Part shown: piece after piece, positions 1 to 9,526 of the stretch
Numbering within the stretch: the stretch's first letter is position 1
Layout of the letters: every line of letters starts with the position of its first letter
Origin: Myxococcota bacterium
GTDB lineage: Bacteria > Myxococcota > Myxococcia > Myxococcales > Myxococcaceae
Assembly: GCA_049322255.1 (NCBI GenBank)
Contig: JBMORE010000030.1
Span: forward strand, 1-32,382
Direction of reading: 5' to 3'
Length of the DNA stretch: 32,382 nucleotides
The notes under the pieces: model-generated
The model's database searches: none
The model's input: only the letters and a program-made list of their open reading frames with translations
Told to the model about the DNA's origin: nothing
Position numbers and translations under genes: made by a program

Positions 1-1
1 C

Positions 2-22
2 AGATTCCGCGGCGAATCTTTT
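2..22 (+). terminator. possible intrinsic terminator of an upstream gene
   Basis: AGATTC-cgcggc-GAATCT stem followed by a short T run; weak and at the window edge. Confidence 0.25.
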
Positions 23-112
23 GACAACCGGCTTTACATTGGATCAGCGAAACTCCGCGCGACGCACCAAGACAATGGAAGTGTCCAAGTCACTCATCTC
101 AAGGAGCTTCAC

Positions 113-484
113 ATGTCCCGCGTTGCCAAGTCCGACGTCCACGCCGCCCTCTCCCGCGCCGCCGCCATCATTCGCGAGGCAGACGTCAATAAGAACAGCC
201 GCATCGCCCGCGCCGAAATCGCCAAGAAAATCAAATCGATGCCCAAGGGCGTGGAGCGCGACCTGGTCTCCATCTTCTACAAGTTCGCCGACAAGCGCGA
301 CCACAAGCCCTACGCCCAGCTGACCGCGGCCGATTTGGCGAGGACCCTGGAGTACGCCAAGGAGAAGCTGGTCAGCCAGTACGACAAGAACAACAACGGG
401 CTCTCCAAGGCGGAGATTGCGAAGATGTCGACGACGGCGAAGCTGGCGGTGGAGCTGGCCAAGCAGCTGGAGTCCGGGCGGTAG
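113..484 (+). CDS. small helical protein with two EF-hand-like loops; resembles the N-terminal domain of myxobacterial NuiA-family proteins
   Basis: AAGGAG RBS before ATG 113; strong GC3 bias; DVNKNSRIARAE and DKNNNGLSKAE loops; family link recalled, not searched. Confidence 0.7.
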   Translation: MSRVAKSDVHAALSRAAAIIREADVNKNSRIARAEIAKKIKSMPKGVERDLVSIFYKFADKRDHKPYAQLTAADLARTLEYAKEKLVSQYDKNNNGLSKAEIAKMSTTAKLAVELAKQLESGR

Positions 485-493
485 CAGGTACCG

Positions 494-1630
494 TTGGACC
501 GCCTCTTCAAGCGAGCCTTCGGAGACGAAGAGCCCACCCGTTGGGGCTCAGGGTGGGTGAGCGGGGTGTTGGCGGTGCTGTGCGGTTTTCTCGCGCTGGG
601 CGGCGTGCTGTGCTTCCACTTCCCCGAGCTGCTCACTTCCCCGGGTCTGCGCTCGCGGTATCCGGTGCCGCTGCTGCGTCTTCTGTTGCAGGCGCTGCTC
701 GTTCTCGGCTTGGTTTTTTCCCTTCTCAGCGCGTATCTGCGACGGCGAAAGGTGCTCGCGTTGACCGGCGCTTCGTTGTCGCTCCTCGCCGCCGGACTGG
801 GAGGAGGCGCGGTGCCGTTGCCCCAGACGGTGGAGACCGAGGTGGGGCTGGGTTTCGACTGGTTCCTCATCAACTTGTTCGTGCTGACCGTGGTGTTCGT
901 TCCCCTGGAGCGGGCGCTTCCACGCGACCCTGACCAGTTGGTCTTCCGGCCAGGTTGGACCACCGACGGCGTGCACTTTTTGTTCAGCCACCTCGCGGTG
1001 CAGCTGTTCACCTACCTGGCCCTGACCCCGGTGAGCGCGCTGCGGGACCGGCTCTTACCGGCCGAGCTGGTGGAAGTGGGCGCGCGTCTGCCGGTGGCGG
1101 TGCAGGTGCTGGCGGTGTTGCTGCTCGCGGACCTCACCCAGTACTGGGTGCACCGCGCCTTTCACCGAGTGCCGCTCTTGTGGCGCTTTCACGCCATTCA
1201 CCACTCCAGCGCGACGCTCGACTGGCTCGCCGGCTCCCGGCTGCACCTTCTCGACGCCCTCGTCACCCGTACCCTCGCGCTCGCCCCGGCACTCTTCTTC
1301 GGCTTTTCCGAAAGCGCGTTGGGCTACTACCTCGCGTTCGTCTCGGTGCACGCGGTGTTCATCCACTCCAACTTCGGCGCCCGGCTGCAGTGGCTCGAGC
1401 CCTTTGTGGTCACCCCGCGCATCCACCACTTTCACCACGCCGACGAAGCGGAGGCGCTCGACAAAAACTTCGCCGTGCATCTGCCCTTCCTCGACCGCGT
1501 CTTCGGCACGTTCTTTCTGCCGAAGGAGCGCTGGCCGCAGAAGTACGGGCTGGGCAAAGGCCGCACGGTGCCCGAAAGCTGGGCGGGACAGATCGTGGCT
1601 CCCTTTCGCTCCTCTCCCCGCCGGAGCTAA
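494..1630 (+). CDS. sterol desaturase / fatty acid hydroxylase superfamily membrane protein
   Basis: His boxes YWVHRAFH, FHAIHHS, FIHSN, IHHFHH; multiple TM segments; TTG start. Confidence 0.9.
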   Translation: MDRLFKRAFGDEEPTRWGSGWVSGVLAVLCGFLALGGVLCFHFPELLTSPGLRSRYPVPLLRLLLQALLVLGLVFSLLSAYLRRRKVLALTGASLSLLAAGLGGGAVPLPQTVETEVGLGFDWFLINLFVLTVVFVPLERALPRDPDQLVFRPGWTTDGVHFLFSHLAVQLFTYLALTPVSALRDRLLPAELVEVGARLPVAVQVLAVLLLADLTQYWVHRAFHRVPLLWRFHAIHHSSATLDWLAGSRLHLLDALVTRTLALAPALFFGFSESALGYYLAFVSVHAVFIHSNFGARLQWLEPFVVTPRIHHFHHADEAEALDKNFAVHLPFLDRVFGTFFLPKERWPQKYGLGKGRTVPESWAGQIVAPFRSSPRRS

Positions 1631-3189
1631 GGCGTCCAGGAGAGGTCGAAGATGTCGCCTCCGGTGACGACGTCCTGCACCACCGTGGGCGTTTGGTCGG
1701 CGCTCACCGCGTTGCCGATGCTCAGGGCCTCGAAATTGTTGTCCACCCGGACATCGCCGATGGCGGCGAGCTGTTGCGAGTTGGGCGACCAGACAGGGTC
1801 GTTGATGTCCATTCCTCCATCCAGCGCACCGACGCCCAATACCCGGGTGAGCGCTCCGCCAGCAGCCGGCAGGGTGTAGAGCTCGAAGGTGTTGAGGAAG
1901 GCGTAGTCGGCGGTGAAGGCCAGGCGGGTGCCGTCCGGGCTCCAGCGCAAGGGGGCGAAGAAACCGGGCTTGCCCGCAGTGAGCGTGCCGCTGGTGAGCC
2001 GGGTGGGCGCCGCCGAACCGTCCGCCGGCATGCGGTACACCTCGTAGACGCCCGTCACCAAATCGTCGGCGCTGAAGGCCACCGTGGTGCCATCGGGTGA
2101 GAGGCCGAACGCTCCCACCTGTGCGGGTGGAGCCGGAGTGTTGGGCAAGACGCCCAGGTTCTGTCCGTTGGCGTCCACCGTGTAGAGCCGAAACCCGGTG
2201 TCCACCGCCAGCCGTGCCTTGAAGAGCACCTTGTGGGTGGCGGTCCAGGCGAGCATCGCTTGCACACCGATGTTGGACCCCGCGGGAGTCCCCACCGCCG
2301 CCTGGCTCACTGCGGTCACCACGGTCGGCGTGGCGTTGCTGGTGTCGGCGATGTAGAGCTGCAGCGCCTGGTTCACCTCGAAGTCCCCCGTCACCGCCAC
2401 GTACCTCCCGTCGCGCGACCAGGCAAAACCCGAGGGCGCCAGCGCGGTGTTCATCGTCTGTCCCGTGGGGCGCGCGGGGCTCACCTTCACTGGAGTGCCC
2501 CCCGCCACCGGCACCACCCACACGTCGTAGACGGCGGCTGCGTCGAGGTCGGCGTCGAAGGCGAGGCGCTGCCCGTCCGGAGAGAAGGCGAGCGCGCGCA
2601 CCCGCCGGCCGGTGGGCATCGTCACCAGCGGCGTCGGAGCCGAGCCATCGGGGTTGGCGAGCACCAGGTCGAAGCGGCCTGTCTCCACCGAGTCGTTGGA
2701 CACCGCCAGCCGCGAACCGTCAGGAGAGACGGCGAAGGCGAGGATTTCTCCGGCGAAGGGGAGCGCTCCGCTCACCCCGGTGCGCCCGAGCTGGTCGGTG
2801 TTGTTGGTGAGGAAGTCTCCGCGGAACCACAGCGTGCCGGAGCCGCCGTCGTTTCCTCCTCCTCCCCCGCCGTCGTTGCCGCCGTCGCTTCCGCCGCCAC
2901 CGCCATCGGTCCCACCACCACCACCACCACCTCCTCCGCCCCCGCCTCCTCCTCCCGTGGCCGTGCATGCGCCCGACTGGCAGACTTGGCCTACGCTGCA
3001 GGTCGAGCACGCACCTGCGCTGGCGCCACATGCCGCCGCCTGGTCACCGGGGTGGCACAGGCCTTGGGCGTCACAGCACCCGTTGCAGTTTGCCGGTAAA
3101 CACTTGGCGGTAGGACGTCCGCACGAGCCAGCGGCCACCATCAAGCCCGCGGCCACGATTGCGGGGACCATCCAGCGTAGAAAGCGCAC
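1627..3189 (-). CDS. secreted/lipoprotein with Cys-rich N-terminus, Gly-rich linker and TolB-like (PD40) beta-propeller
   Basis: GAGGAGG RBS before GTG 3189; signal with AGSC lipobox-like motif; repeated [FW]SPDGxxLAF blades. Confidence 0.85.
   Translation of the reverse strand: MRFLRWMVPAIVAAGLMVAAGSCGRPTAKCLPANCNGCCDAQGLCHPGDQAAACGASAGACSTCSVGQVCQSGACTATGGGGGGGGGGGGGGGTDGGGGGSDGGNDGGGGGGNDGGSGTLWFRGDFLTNNTDQLGRTGVSGALPFAGEILAFAVSPDGSRLAVSNDSVETGRFDLVLANPDGSAPTPLVTMPTGRRVRALAFSPDGQRLAFDADLDAAAVYDVWVVPVAGGTPVKVSPARPTGQTMNTALAPSGFAWSRDGRYVAVTGDFEVNQALQLYIADTSNATPTVVTAVSQAAVGTPAGSNIGVQAMLAWTATHKVLFKARLAVDTGFRLYTVDANGQNLGVLPNTPAPPAQVGAFGLSPDGTTVAFSADDLVTGVYEVYRMPADGSAAPTRLTSGTLTAGKPGFFAPLRWSPDGTRLAFTADYAFLNTFELYTLPAAGGALTRVLGVGALDGGMDINDPVWSPNSQQLAAIGDVRVDNNFEALSIGNAVSADQTPTVVQDVVTGGDIFDLSWTP
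2842..2956 (-). repeat. GGN codon low-complexity tract encoding a poly-Gly linker
   Basis: runs of ccg/cca/cct on the + strand; GGGGGGGGGGGGGGTDGGGGGSDGGNDGGGGGGNDGG. Confidence 0.85.
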
Positions 3190-3303
3190 GCGTGAAACCT
3201 CCTCGAGGAAGCAAGGGGGCGGAACATATCCGCTCCCGGGGAGGATTTCTGTCACAAGGTGGTAAGGGTCGACGCGGGGGCTTCTGGCTCCTATAAAGCC
3301 GGC

Positions 3304-3927
3304 GTGCCCCGCAAGTACCTCGTTCTTCTCGCCCTGACCCTGCCGCTGGTGCTCCTCGACCAGTGGACCAAATACGTCGTCTTACGTGAGCTCACCACCG
3401 CCTTCGATGGTGCGCCCACCTTCGCTGCCCGCCTGGGGGTGATGATGTCCGAGGCGCCCGCGCCCGGCTTCGACGGGTTGCACTACCGTTACAAGCGCTC
3501 GGTGACGGTGTCGGAGAGCTTCTTTCGCTTCCGCTACGCCGAGAACCCGGGCGCGGCGTGGGGCCTGTTTCGAAACCTCCCCGACCACCTGCGGGGGCCT
3601 CTGTTCCACGTCGTCTCCATCGGGGCGGTGATTCTCATCAGCTACTACTTCCGCAAGCTCTCGGGGACCAAGCGCGAGGAGCGCTGGGCGCTGTGGGGGC
3701 TGCCCTTGGTGCTGGCCGGCGCGGTGGGCAACTACATCGACCGGCTGGCCCGCGGCTTTGTCATCGATTTTCTCGAGGCCCACTGGTTCGACAAAGCGGC
3801 CTGGCCCTCGTTCAACATCGCCGACGCCGCCATCTGCGTGGGCGTAGGCATGCTCGTGCTCGACGGCTTCGTGCGCAAAGAGAAGAAGGAAGCGCCCAGC
3901 GCGCTTTCGGACCAAAAGGCGGCCTGA
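3304..3927 (+). CDS. lspA: lipoprotein signal peptidase (SPase II)
   Basis: DQWTK, NPGAAWG, GAVGNYIDR, FVIDF, WPSFNIADAAI motifs; start GTG 3304 inferred. Confidence 0.95.
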   Translation: MPRKYLVLLALTLPLVLLDQWTKYVVLRELTTAFDGAPTFAARLGVMMSEAPAPGFDGLHYRYKRSVTVSESFFRFRYAENPGAAWGLFRNLPDHLRGPLFHVVSIGAVILISYYFRKLSGTKREERWALWGLPLVLAGAVGNYIDRLARGFVIDFLEAHWFDKAAWPSFNIADAAICVGVGMLVLDGFVRKEKKEAPSALSDQKAA

Positions 3928-5204
3928 TGATTCCCGTTCTCTACAAGTTCGTTCTCCAGAGCACCACTTCGCAGGTGTTCGGCTACCTGTTGGGGCTGGG
4001 GCTGGCAGCCTACGTCGCCTGGTCGGGCTGGCGGGGCGCCCACGGACCGGCGAATACAAAGACGGGAGAATTCGATCCTCCTACCCGAGATGACCGCATT
4101 CGTCGGGCGGCGATGTTCGGCCTCGCCGGCTTGGGTTTGGCCGCGCTCGGTCTCTACTACGCGCTGCCCACCACTCCCTTCGGCAAGGGCAAGGGCGAGG
4201 GCATTCCCATTCACACCTACGGGGTGCTGGTGGGCGGAGGCTTCATCGCCGCGGTCACCGTCTCGGCTTGGCTCGCCCAGCGCGAGTGGCTGGGGGAGGA
4301 GGGGGAGAAGAAGCGGGACCAAATCTTCGACCTCGCCTTCTGGGTGTTCATCGGCGGCATCGTCGGTTCGCGCATTCTCTTCATCATCGTCAACTGGAAG
4401 GACTATGCGGCCGACCCGAAGAGAATTTTCGACATCTCCGGTGGGCTGGTGTTCTACGGAGGTTTGATTGGCGCCGCGGTGGTGGCCTTCGTCTACGCGC
4501 GCAAGCACGAGATGGACTTCTTGCGGCTGGCCGACGTCGCCATTCCCACCGTCTCCCTGGGCCAGTGTCTGGGAAGGTTGGGTTGCTTCTCCGCCGGGTG
4601 TTGTTGGGGGGACGTGGCCCCCAAGGGCTTCGCGCTGGGAGTGAATTTCCCCGGCCCGGGGGTCAAAGACCTCTTCGGGAGTGCAGGTGGAACTCCCTCT
4701 TTGGCGTACACCTCGCAGGCCGCTGACACCCGCTACGTCATCGAGGCCACGGGGGAGATTTTTCACCAGGCGGTCCCGGGCGCGGTGAAAATCTCGGAGT
4801 GGGCCTCCACCCACGGGCACACCTTGCTCATCTACCCCACCCAGCTGTTCGAGTCGGTGGGCCAGCTGGTGCTCTTCGTCGCGCTGCTCACCTTGCGCCG
4901 CTACCGCCGCTTTCACGGGCAAATCTTCGGCATCTGGCTGATGTGCTACGCGGTGCTGCGCTCGTCGGTCGAGCTCTTCCGCGGCGACGTGGAACGCGGC
5001 ACCCTGCACGGGCTGCTCAACTACCTGGGCGCCACCAGCCTGGCGCAGAAGGTGCCGCTGGAGGCCTGGTACAACATCTCCACCAGCCAGTTCATCTCGA
5101 TGTGCATGTTCGCCCTGGGTGCCACCATCGTGGTGCGCAAGGCCAAAGAGGTGCTGGCGCGCCCGCCCCTGGTGCTCGAGCCCGCTCCGGCGGCGGCCAG
5201 TTGA
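3927..5204 (+). CDS. lgt: prolipoprotein diacylglyceryl transferase
   Basis: IHTYG, GGLVFYGG, GRLGCFSAGCCWG, YPTQLFE, RSSVELFRGD; ATG overlaps the lspA stop (TGATG). Confidence 0.95.
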   Translation: MIPVLYKFVLQSTTSQVFGYLLGLGLAAYVAWSGWRGAHGPANTKTGEFDPPTRDDRIRRAAMFGLAGLGLAALGLYYALPTTPFGKGKGEGIPIHTYGVLVGGGFIAAVTVSAWLAQREWLGEEGEKKRDQIFDLAFWVFIGGIVGSRILFIIVNWKDYAADPKRIFDISGGLVFYGGLIGAAVVAFVYARKHEMDFLRLADVAIPTVSLGQCLGRLGCFSAGCCWGDVAPKGFALGVNFPGPGVKDLFGSAGGTPSLAYTSQAADTRYVIEATGEIFHQAVPGAVKISEWASTHGHTLLIYPTQLFESVGQLVLFVALLTLRRYRRFHGQIFGIWLMCYAVLRSSVELFRGDVERGTLHGLLNYLGATSLAQKVPLEAWYNISTSQFISMCMFALGATIVVRKAKEVLARPPLVLEPAPAAAS

Positions 5205-5242
5205 GTTATCCACCCGTCTCGGGGATTCTCTCCAGCTGAACC

Positions 5243-5866
5243 ATGCAGACGTTGGCGGATGTCAAAAGGAAGATTGCGAGCGTCGACGAGGTGGCCAAGG
5301 AGTGCGACGCCATCGAGGCGGAGCTTGCCTCCCTGCGCGCCGCTTACGAGCAGTATTTCTTGGGCCTCGACCGCCAGCCCCCCAGCCGGAAGCACGCCGA
5401 GCTGAAGAAGCGGGTGCGGGCGCTCCAGACCAGCTTCGTCCGGCAGACCTCGGCGAAGTTTCGCACCCAGAGCCTTCTGAGCACCTTCCTCACCTACGAG
5501 CGGTTGTGGAACCGCACCCTCCAGGAGATCGAGGCCGGCACCTACCGCCGCGACTTGTTCAAGGCCAAGCTCCATTCGCAAAAGCGGCCCGAGCCGGCGA
5601 AGAAAGCCGAGGAAGCCAAGCCGGCGCCGGCCGTCCCCGCTCCGCCGAGTGGGCTTTCCGACGAGAAGCTGCGCGCGGTGTTCAACGCCTACGTCACGGC
5701 CAAGAAGCGCTGCAACGAGGATGTCTCCAGTCTCACCTACGACACCATGGCCGCCACCTTACGCAAGCAGGTGCCGGCGCTGCTCAAGCAGCACAACGCC
5801 CAGGGCGTGGACTTCAAGGTGGTCATCAAGGACGGTAAGGCGGTGTTGCGGGCGCTGCCGAAGTGA
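5243..5866 (+). CDS. MXAN_5187-like C-terminal domain protein
   Basis: YEQYFLG..PP N-region and SDEKLRAVFNAYVTAK...VDFKVVIKDGKAVLRALPK C-terminus, recalled as typical of this myxobacterial family. Confidence 0.75.
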   Translation: MQTLADVKRKIASVDEVAKECDAIEAELASLRAAYEQYFLGLDRQPPSRKHAELKKRVRALQTSFVRQTSAKFRTQSLLSTFLTYERLWNRTLQEIEAGTYRRDLFKAKLHSQKRPEPAKKAEEAKPAPAVPAPPSGLSDEKLRAVFNAYVTAKKRCNEDVSSLTYDTMAATLRKQVPALLKQHNAQGVDFKVVIKDGKAVLRALPK

Positions 5867-6405
5867 GCTTGGCGCCCCTCACCCCGACCCTCTCCCAGAG
5901 GGAGAGGGAGCTCTCGGAGCGGGTGTGCAAGCTGTCGCTGATGATTTTCGACATCGACGGCACGCTCACCGACGGGCGCATCTTCTGGGTGCCCGCCTCG
6001 GGGTGGACGCAGGTGTACAGCGTGCGCGACGGCATGGGCATCAAGCGGCTGCAGGAGGCGGGGCTGGAGGTGGCGGCCATCTCCGGCGGCGACAGCCTTT
6101 CGGCGCAGATGCGCATGCAGTCTTTGGGCATCAAGCACGTGCATTTCGGCAGCCAGGACAAGGTGGCGCACTTCGAGCGGCTCTTGGAGCTGCTCGAGGT
6201 GACTCCCGAGCGGTGCGGCTACATGGGCGACGAGGTGGTGGACCTGCCCTTGCTCTCGGCGGTGGGCTTTTCCGCCGCGCCCCCCGAGGCCCCTGAGGAC
6301 GTGCGCTCGGCGGTGCACTACGTGGCCCAGCGTCCTGCCGGCAATGGAGCGGCCCGCGAGGTGTGCGAGCTCATTCTCCGACACCGAAAACAGCCCTCTT
6401 TATAG
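5863..6405 (+). CDS. kdsC: KdsC/YrbI-family HAD phosphatase (KDO 8-phosphate phosphatase-like)
   Basis: FDIDGTLTDG, RDGMGI, YMGDEVVDL, GNGAAREVCE; GTG overlaps the upstream stop. Confidence 0.88.
   Translation: MSLAPLTPTLSQRERELSERVCKLSLMIFDIDGTLTDGRIFWVPASGWTQVYSVRDGMGIKRLQEAGLEVAAISGGDSLSAQMRMQSLGIKHVHFGSQDKVAHFERLLELLEVTPERCGYMGDEVVDLPLLSAVGFSAAPPEAPEDVRSAVHYVAQRPAGNGAAREVCELILRHRKQPSL
5871..5909 (+). repeat. 39-bp palindromic REP-like element, copy 1 (inside the kdsC 5' end)
   Basis: GGCGCCCCTCACCCCGA-CCCTCTCCC-AGA-GGGAGAGGG-A; 35/39 identical to 19042-19080. Confidence 0.85.
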
Positions 6406-6527
6406 CGCTCACTCTTCGACACCTACGGCGGAGCCTGTCCGCCGGGCCGGTTGTCGCTCTTCGGGCGCATTCCTAGGTTGCTGCCGCTCGCACGCATTGC
6501 GGGCAGGGAAGGGGAGCGGGCGTGGCG

Positions 6528-6932
6528 ATGCATCGGTCAGCGGCAGCTGCGTTCGTCTTTCTCGCTGGCTGTTTCGAGCCCTCCCCTGAGGCGGTGGAAG
6601 GGCTCAAGCAGGTGACGGAGGAAGCCCAGGCGACACACCAAGCCCTCGAAGATCTCGAAGAGCGGCTATTGGGAAACCAAGCGCGGGTGCACCACTGGAC
6701 GGAGCTGGCCGAGCGCCACCGACAAGTGTCGGCGGTGGCCTGCGAGAATCAGAACGCGCACGCCGACCAGATGGTGGCGCTGAGGGAGCTGCAAGAGGAG
6801 AAAGCGAAGCGGCTGCGCCGCGGTCGTTTCGCCAAGCCCGCCGCGCTGGAGAGCGCCGTGGGTGGGCCCGAGCCGGAGAAGAAGACGAGGCGCGCGAAGA
6901 AGCGGGCTTACCGGGCGGTGCCGAGAGAGTAG
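6528..6932 (+). CDS. hypothetical coiled-coil lipoprotein with basic tail
   Basis: MHRSAAAAFVFLAGC lipobox; E/L/Q-rich helical core. Confidence 0.75.
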   Translation: MHRSAAAAFVFLAGCFEPSPEAVEGLKQVTEEAQATHQALEDLEERLLGNQARVHHWTELAERHRQVSAVACENQNAHADQMVALRELQEEKAKRLRRGRFAKPAALESAVGGPEPEKKTRRAKKRAYRAVPRE

Positions 6933-7065
6933 ACGGTATGCAAGTCCGCGAGTGCCTCCGCTATAGGCCCGCGGATGCAAATCCTCCGGGCAATTTTCCT
7001 CACCTCGAGCGCGGTGTAGAGCTCGTCGTCGGGGAGAGACTGATTCGATGCTTCGCGGTTGGCAT
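6908..7065 (-). pseudogene. possible frameshifted RHH/CopG-type antitoxin remnant
   Basis: ATG 7065 gives MPTAKHRISLS; a 1-nt shift in ctctcccc continues as DDELYTALEVRKIARR; inverted repeat immediately upstream. Confidence 0.35.
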
Positions 7066-7077
7066 GGTCACAATATG

Positions 7078-7095
7078 GTTGTGGTGCAGCACAAC
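7078..7095. promoter_or_regulatory. inverted repeat GTTGTG-N6-CACAAC, candidate operator
   Basis: perfect 6-bp arms in an AT-richer intergenic stretch, 12 bp upstream of the minus-strand ATG 7065. Confidence 0.4.
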
Positions 7096-7168
7096 TACAA
7101 CACCGGCCGCGCGTACCTTTGCGCGAAGAGGGCGATCGCCGCGTCAGCGTGCGTGGTACAAGGCGCCT

Positions 7169-8176
7169 GTGAGAACACGGGCCCTTTCATTGTGCATGCT
7201 CGCCTTCCTCGGCTGCGCGAAGGCGGCCAAGGACCATCTGGAGGGCGCCAAGAACGCTCTCTTCGAGAAAAAGCCCGAGGAGGCCCTGCGCGAGTACCGC
7301 TTGGCGCTCGATACGCTAGAGAAAGACGCTTCGCCTGAGGCCCAGGTCTTGCGCGCGCGGGCGCTGCGTGGCGCGGCCGACACCTACTACCTCGAGCTAC
7401 GTGACGTGCGCAAAGCGGCGGAGGTGTACCGCGAGCTCATTTCGCAGTGCCCCGAAGCTCCGGAGACGCTGGAAGGGCGCATCTATCTCGCCGACATCTT
7501 GCGCAACTACTACCGTGACCTGCGGGGCGGCATTCGCGAGCTCTCGGCGGCGGTCGCGCGCAATCCTCCCCAAGGTGCCGAGCTCTCCTACCAAGTGGCC
7601 AAGCTGTACTTCGAGCTGGGTGACTACCAGCAGTGCGACCTCGAGGTGCAAAACCTGACGAAGAAGTACGAGACTTCGCCTTTCGTGGACGATGCGCTCC
7701 TGTTGCGCGCGCAGGCGCTGGCGATGGTCGAGGGGCGGCGCCCAGAGGCGATGCGCGCCTTTCAAGAGCTGATTGACCGCTTTCCCGACTCGGCGCTCCG
7801 GCCCCACGCCTTGTTCGAGCTGGGTCGGCTCCGGGCGGAGCTGGGCGAGGGGGAGAAAGCCATCGAGCTGTGGGTGCATGCGCTGGAGCACCATCCGGAT
7901 CCACAGGTGGTGCAGACCGTCATCGCCCGCACCCGCGCACGGCTTCGCGCCACCGTGCCCGACGCGGTGGGTCAGCGCGCCAAAGCATTCGATCGTCCCC
8001 CGGCGCAGGCGCGCGCTCGAGTGGCGCCCAAGACGTCCGCCGAGGCGGTGGGAGGCACGGCCGCCGAGGCGGAGCAGGAACGCTCCATGAACCCTCATGG
8101 CGCAGAAGCCAAGAAGGCAGAAGCCGAACCCGTCCCCCAAGACGCGCCAACGGAGGCGACGGCGCCGGCGCCCTAA
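7169..8176 (+). CDS. tetratricopeptide-repeat lipoprotein
   Basis: VRTRALSLCMLAFLGC lipobox; TPR helices (FPDSALRPHALFELGR); the upstream part of the 6938 ORF lacks coding character. Confidence 0.85.
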   Translation: MRTRALSLCMLAFLGCAKAAKDHLEGAKNALFEKKPEEALREYRLALDTLEKDASPEAQVLRARALRGAADTYYLELRDVRKAAEVYRELISQCPEAPETLEGRIYLADILRNYYRDLRGGIRELSAAVARNPPQGAELSYQVAKLYFELGDYQQCDLEVQNLTKKYETSPFVDDALLLRAQALAMVEGRRPEAMRAFQELIDRFPDSALRPHALFELGRLRAELGEGEKAIELWVHALEHHPDPQVVQTVIARTRARLRATVPDAVGQRAKAFDRPPAQARARVAPKTSAEAVGGTAAEAEQERSMNPHGAEAKKAEAEPVPQDAPTEATAPAP

Positions 8177-8182
8177 AAGCCA

Positions 8183-9469
8183 ATGAACCACGATCAGAGC
8201 AAAGCCCTCTTTTCCCGCGCCAAGGAGCTGATGCCCGGCGGAGTGAATTCGCCCGTGCGCGCCTTCCGCGGCGTGGGCGGCGAACCGGTGTTCTTCCGCT
8301 CCGGGAAGGGTGCCTGGCTCACCGACGTCGACGGCAACCGTTACGTGGACTACGTCGGCTCGTGGGGCCCACTCATCCTAGGGCACGCCCACCCAGCGGT
8401 GCTGGAGGCGGTGGCGGCCGCGGCGACGAGGGGCACCTCCTTCGGGGCGCCACATCCCGCCGAGGTGGAGCTGGCCGAGCGCATCGTGCAGACCGTGCCC
8501 AGCGTGGAGAAGGTGCGCTTGGTCTCCTCGGGCACCGAAGCCACCGGGGCGGCGGTGCGGCTGGCCCGGGGCGCTACCGGCCGGGACTGCGTGCTCAAGC
8601 TCGAAGGCTGCTACCACGGCGCAGCCGATTCTTTTTTGGTCAAGGCGGGCTCGGGGGTGGAGACCTTGGGGCTGCCCGACTCTCCCGGAGTCCCAGCGGC
8701 GCTCGCCCGGCTGACCCTCACCGCACCCTTCAATGACTTGGCCGCCGTGGAGGCGCTCTTCCACCAACGCGGCAAGGACATCGCCTGCGTCATTCTCGAG
8801 CCAGTGGTGGGGAACATGGGAGTGCTCCTTCCCAAGGAGGGCTTCCTTCTGGGGGTCCAAGCGCTGTGCCGAAAGCACGGAGCGCTCTTCATTGTCGATG
8901 AGGTGATGACCGGCTTTCGGGTGGCGCGCGGCGGAGCGCAACAGCTCTACGGCCTGTCCCCCGACCTCACCACGATGGGGAAAGTCATCGGCGGCGGGCT
9001 GCCGGTGGGGGCGTACGGCGGCCGGCGCGACCTGATGGCGAAGGTTGCTCCCGAGGGGCCGGTGTACCAGGCGGGCACCTTGTCGGGAAACCCGCTGGCG
9101 GTGGCCGCGGGCATCGCCTGCCTGGACGAATTGGCCAAGCCGGGGGTGTACGAAAAGCTCGAGGCCACGAGTAAGAAGCTGTGCGAGGGCATCAGCGCGC
9201 TCGCCACGGCGGCGAAGGTGCCGCTCACCGTCAACCGGGTGGGGAGCATGTGGACCGCCTTCTTCACCCCCGAGCCGGTGTTCGACTACACCAGCGCGAA
9301 GAAGGCGGACACTGCGCGCTTCGGCCGCTTCTTCCACGCCCTCTTGGAGAGCGGTGTCTACTTGCCGCCGTCGCAGTTCGAGGCGGCCTTCGTCTCCTTG
9401 GCCCACGGCGACGCCGAGGTGGAGCACACCTTGGCCGCGGTGAAGGCAGCGCTCGCCTCCATTCCCTAA
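8183..9469 (+). CDS. hemL: glutamate-1-semialdehyde 2,1-aminomutase
   Basis: [55 protein letters not shown]. Confidence 0.98.
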   Translation: MNHDQSKALFSRAKELMPGGVNSPVRAFRGVGGEPVFFRSGKGAWLTDVDGNRYVDYVGSWGPLILGHAHPAVLEAVAAAATRGTSFGAPHPAEVELAERIVQTVPSVEKVRLVSSGTEATGAAVRLARGATGRDCVLKLEGCYHGAADSFLVKAGSGVETLGLPDSPGVPAALARLTLTAPFNDLAAVEALFHQRGKDIACVILEPVVGNMGVLLPKEGFLLGVQALCRKHGALFIVDEVMTGFRVARGGAQQLYGLSPDLTTMGKVIGGGLPVGAYGGRRDLMAKVAPEGPVYQAGTLSGNPLAVAAGIACLDELAKPGVYEKLEATSKKLCEGISALATAAKVPLTVNRVGSMWTAFFTPEPVFDYTSAKKADTARFGRFFHALLESGVYLPPSQFEAAFVSLAHGDAEVEHTLAAVKAALASIP

Positions 9470-9489
9470 AGCTGGCAGGCCTTCGCCCG

Positions 9490-9523
9490 TTGGCACACGA
9501 CGGTGCTTGCAATACACTATTGC
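9490..9523 (+). promoter_or_regulatory. sigma70-like promoter with overlapping operator for the TA operon
   Basis: TTGGCA (9490-9495) - 17 bp - TACACT (9513-9518); inverted repeat GCAATA-cac-TATTGC (9509-9523) covers the -10. Confidence 0.65.
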
Positions 9524-9526
9524 CAT

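Noticed and set aside
21..40. Perfect TTGACA as a -35 element
   Set aside because: No acceptable -10 at 16-18 bp spacing (TACATT is only 8 bp away).
6938..7168. N-terminal 77 aa of the TPR ORF
   Set aside because: Non-coding character; the lipoprotein signal begins at GTG 7169.
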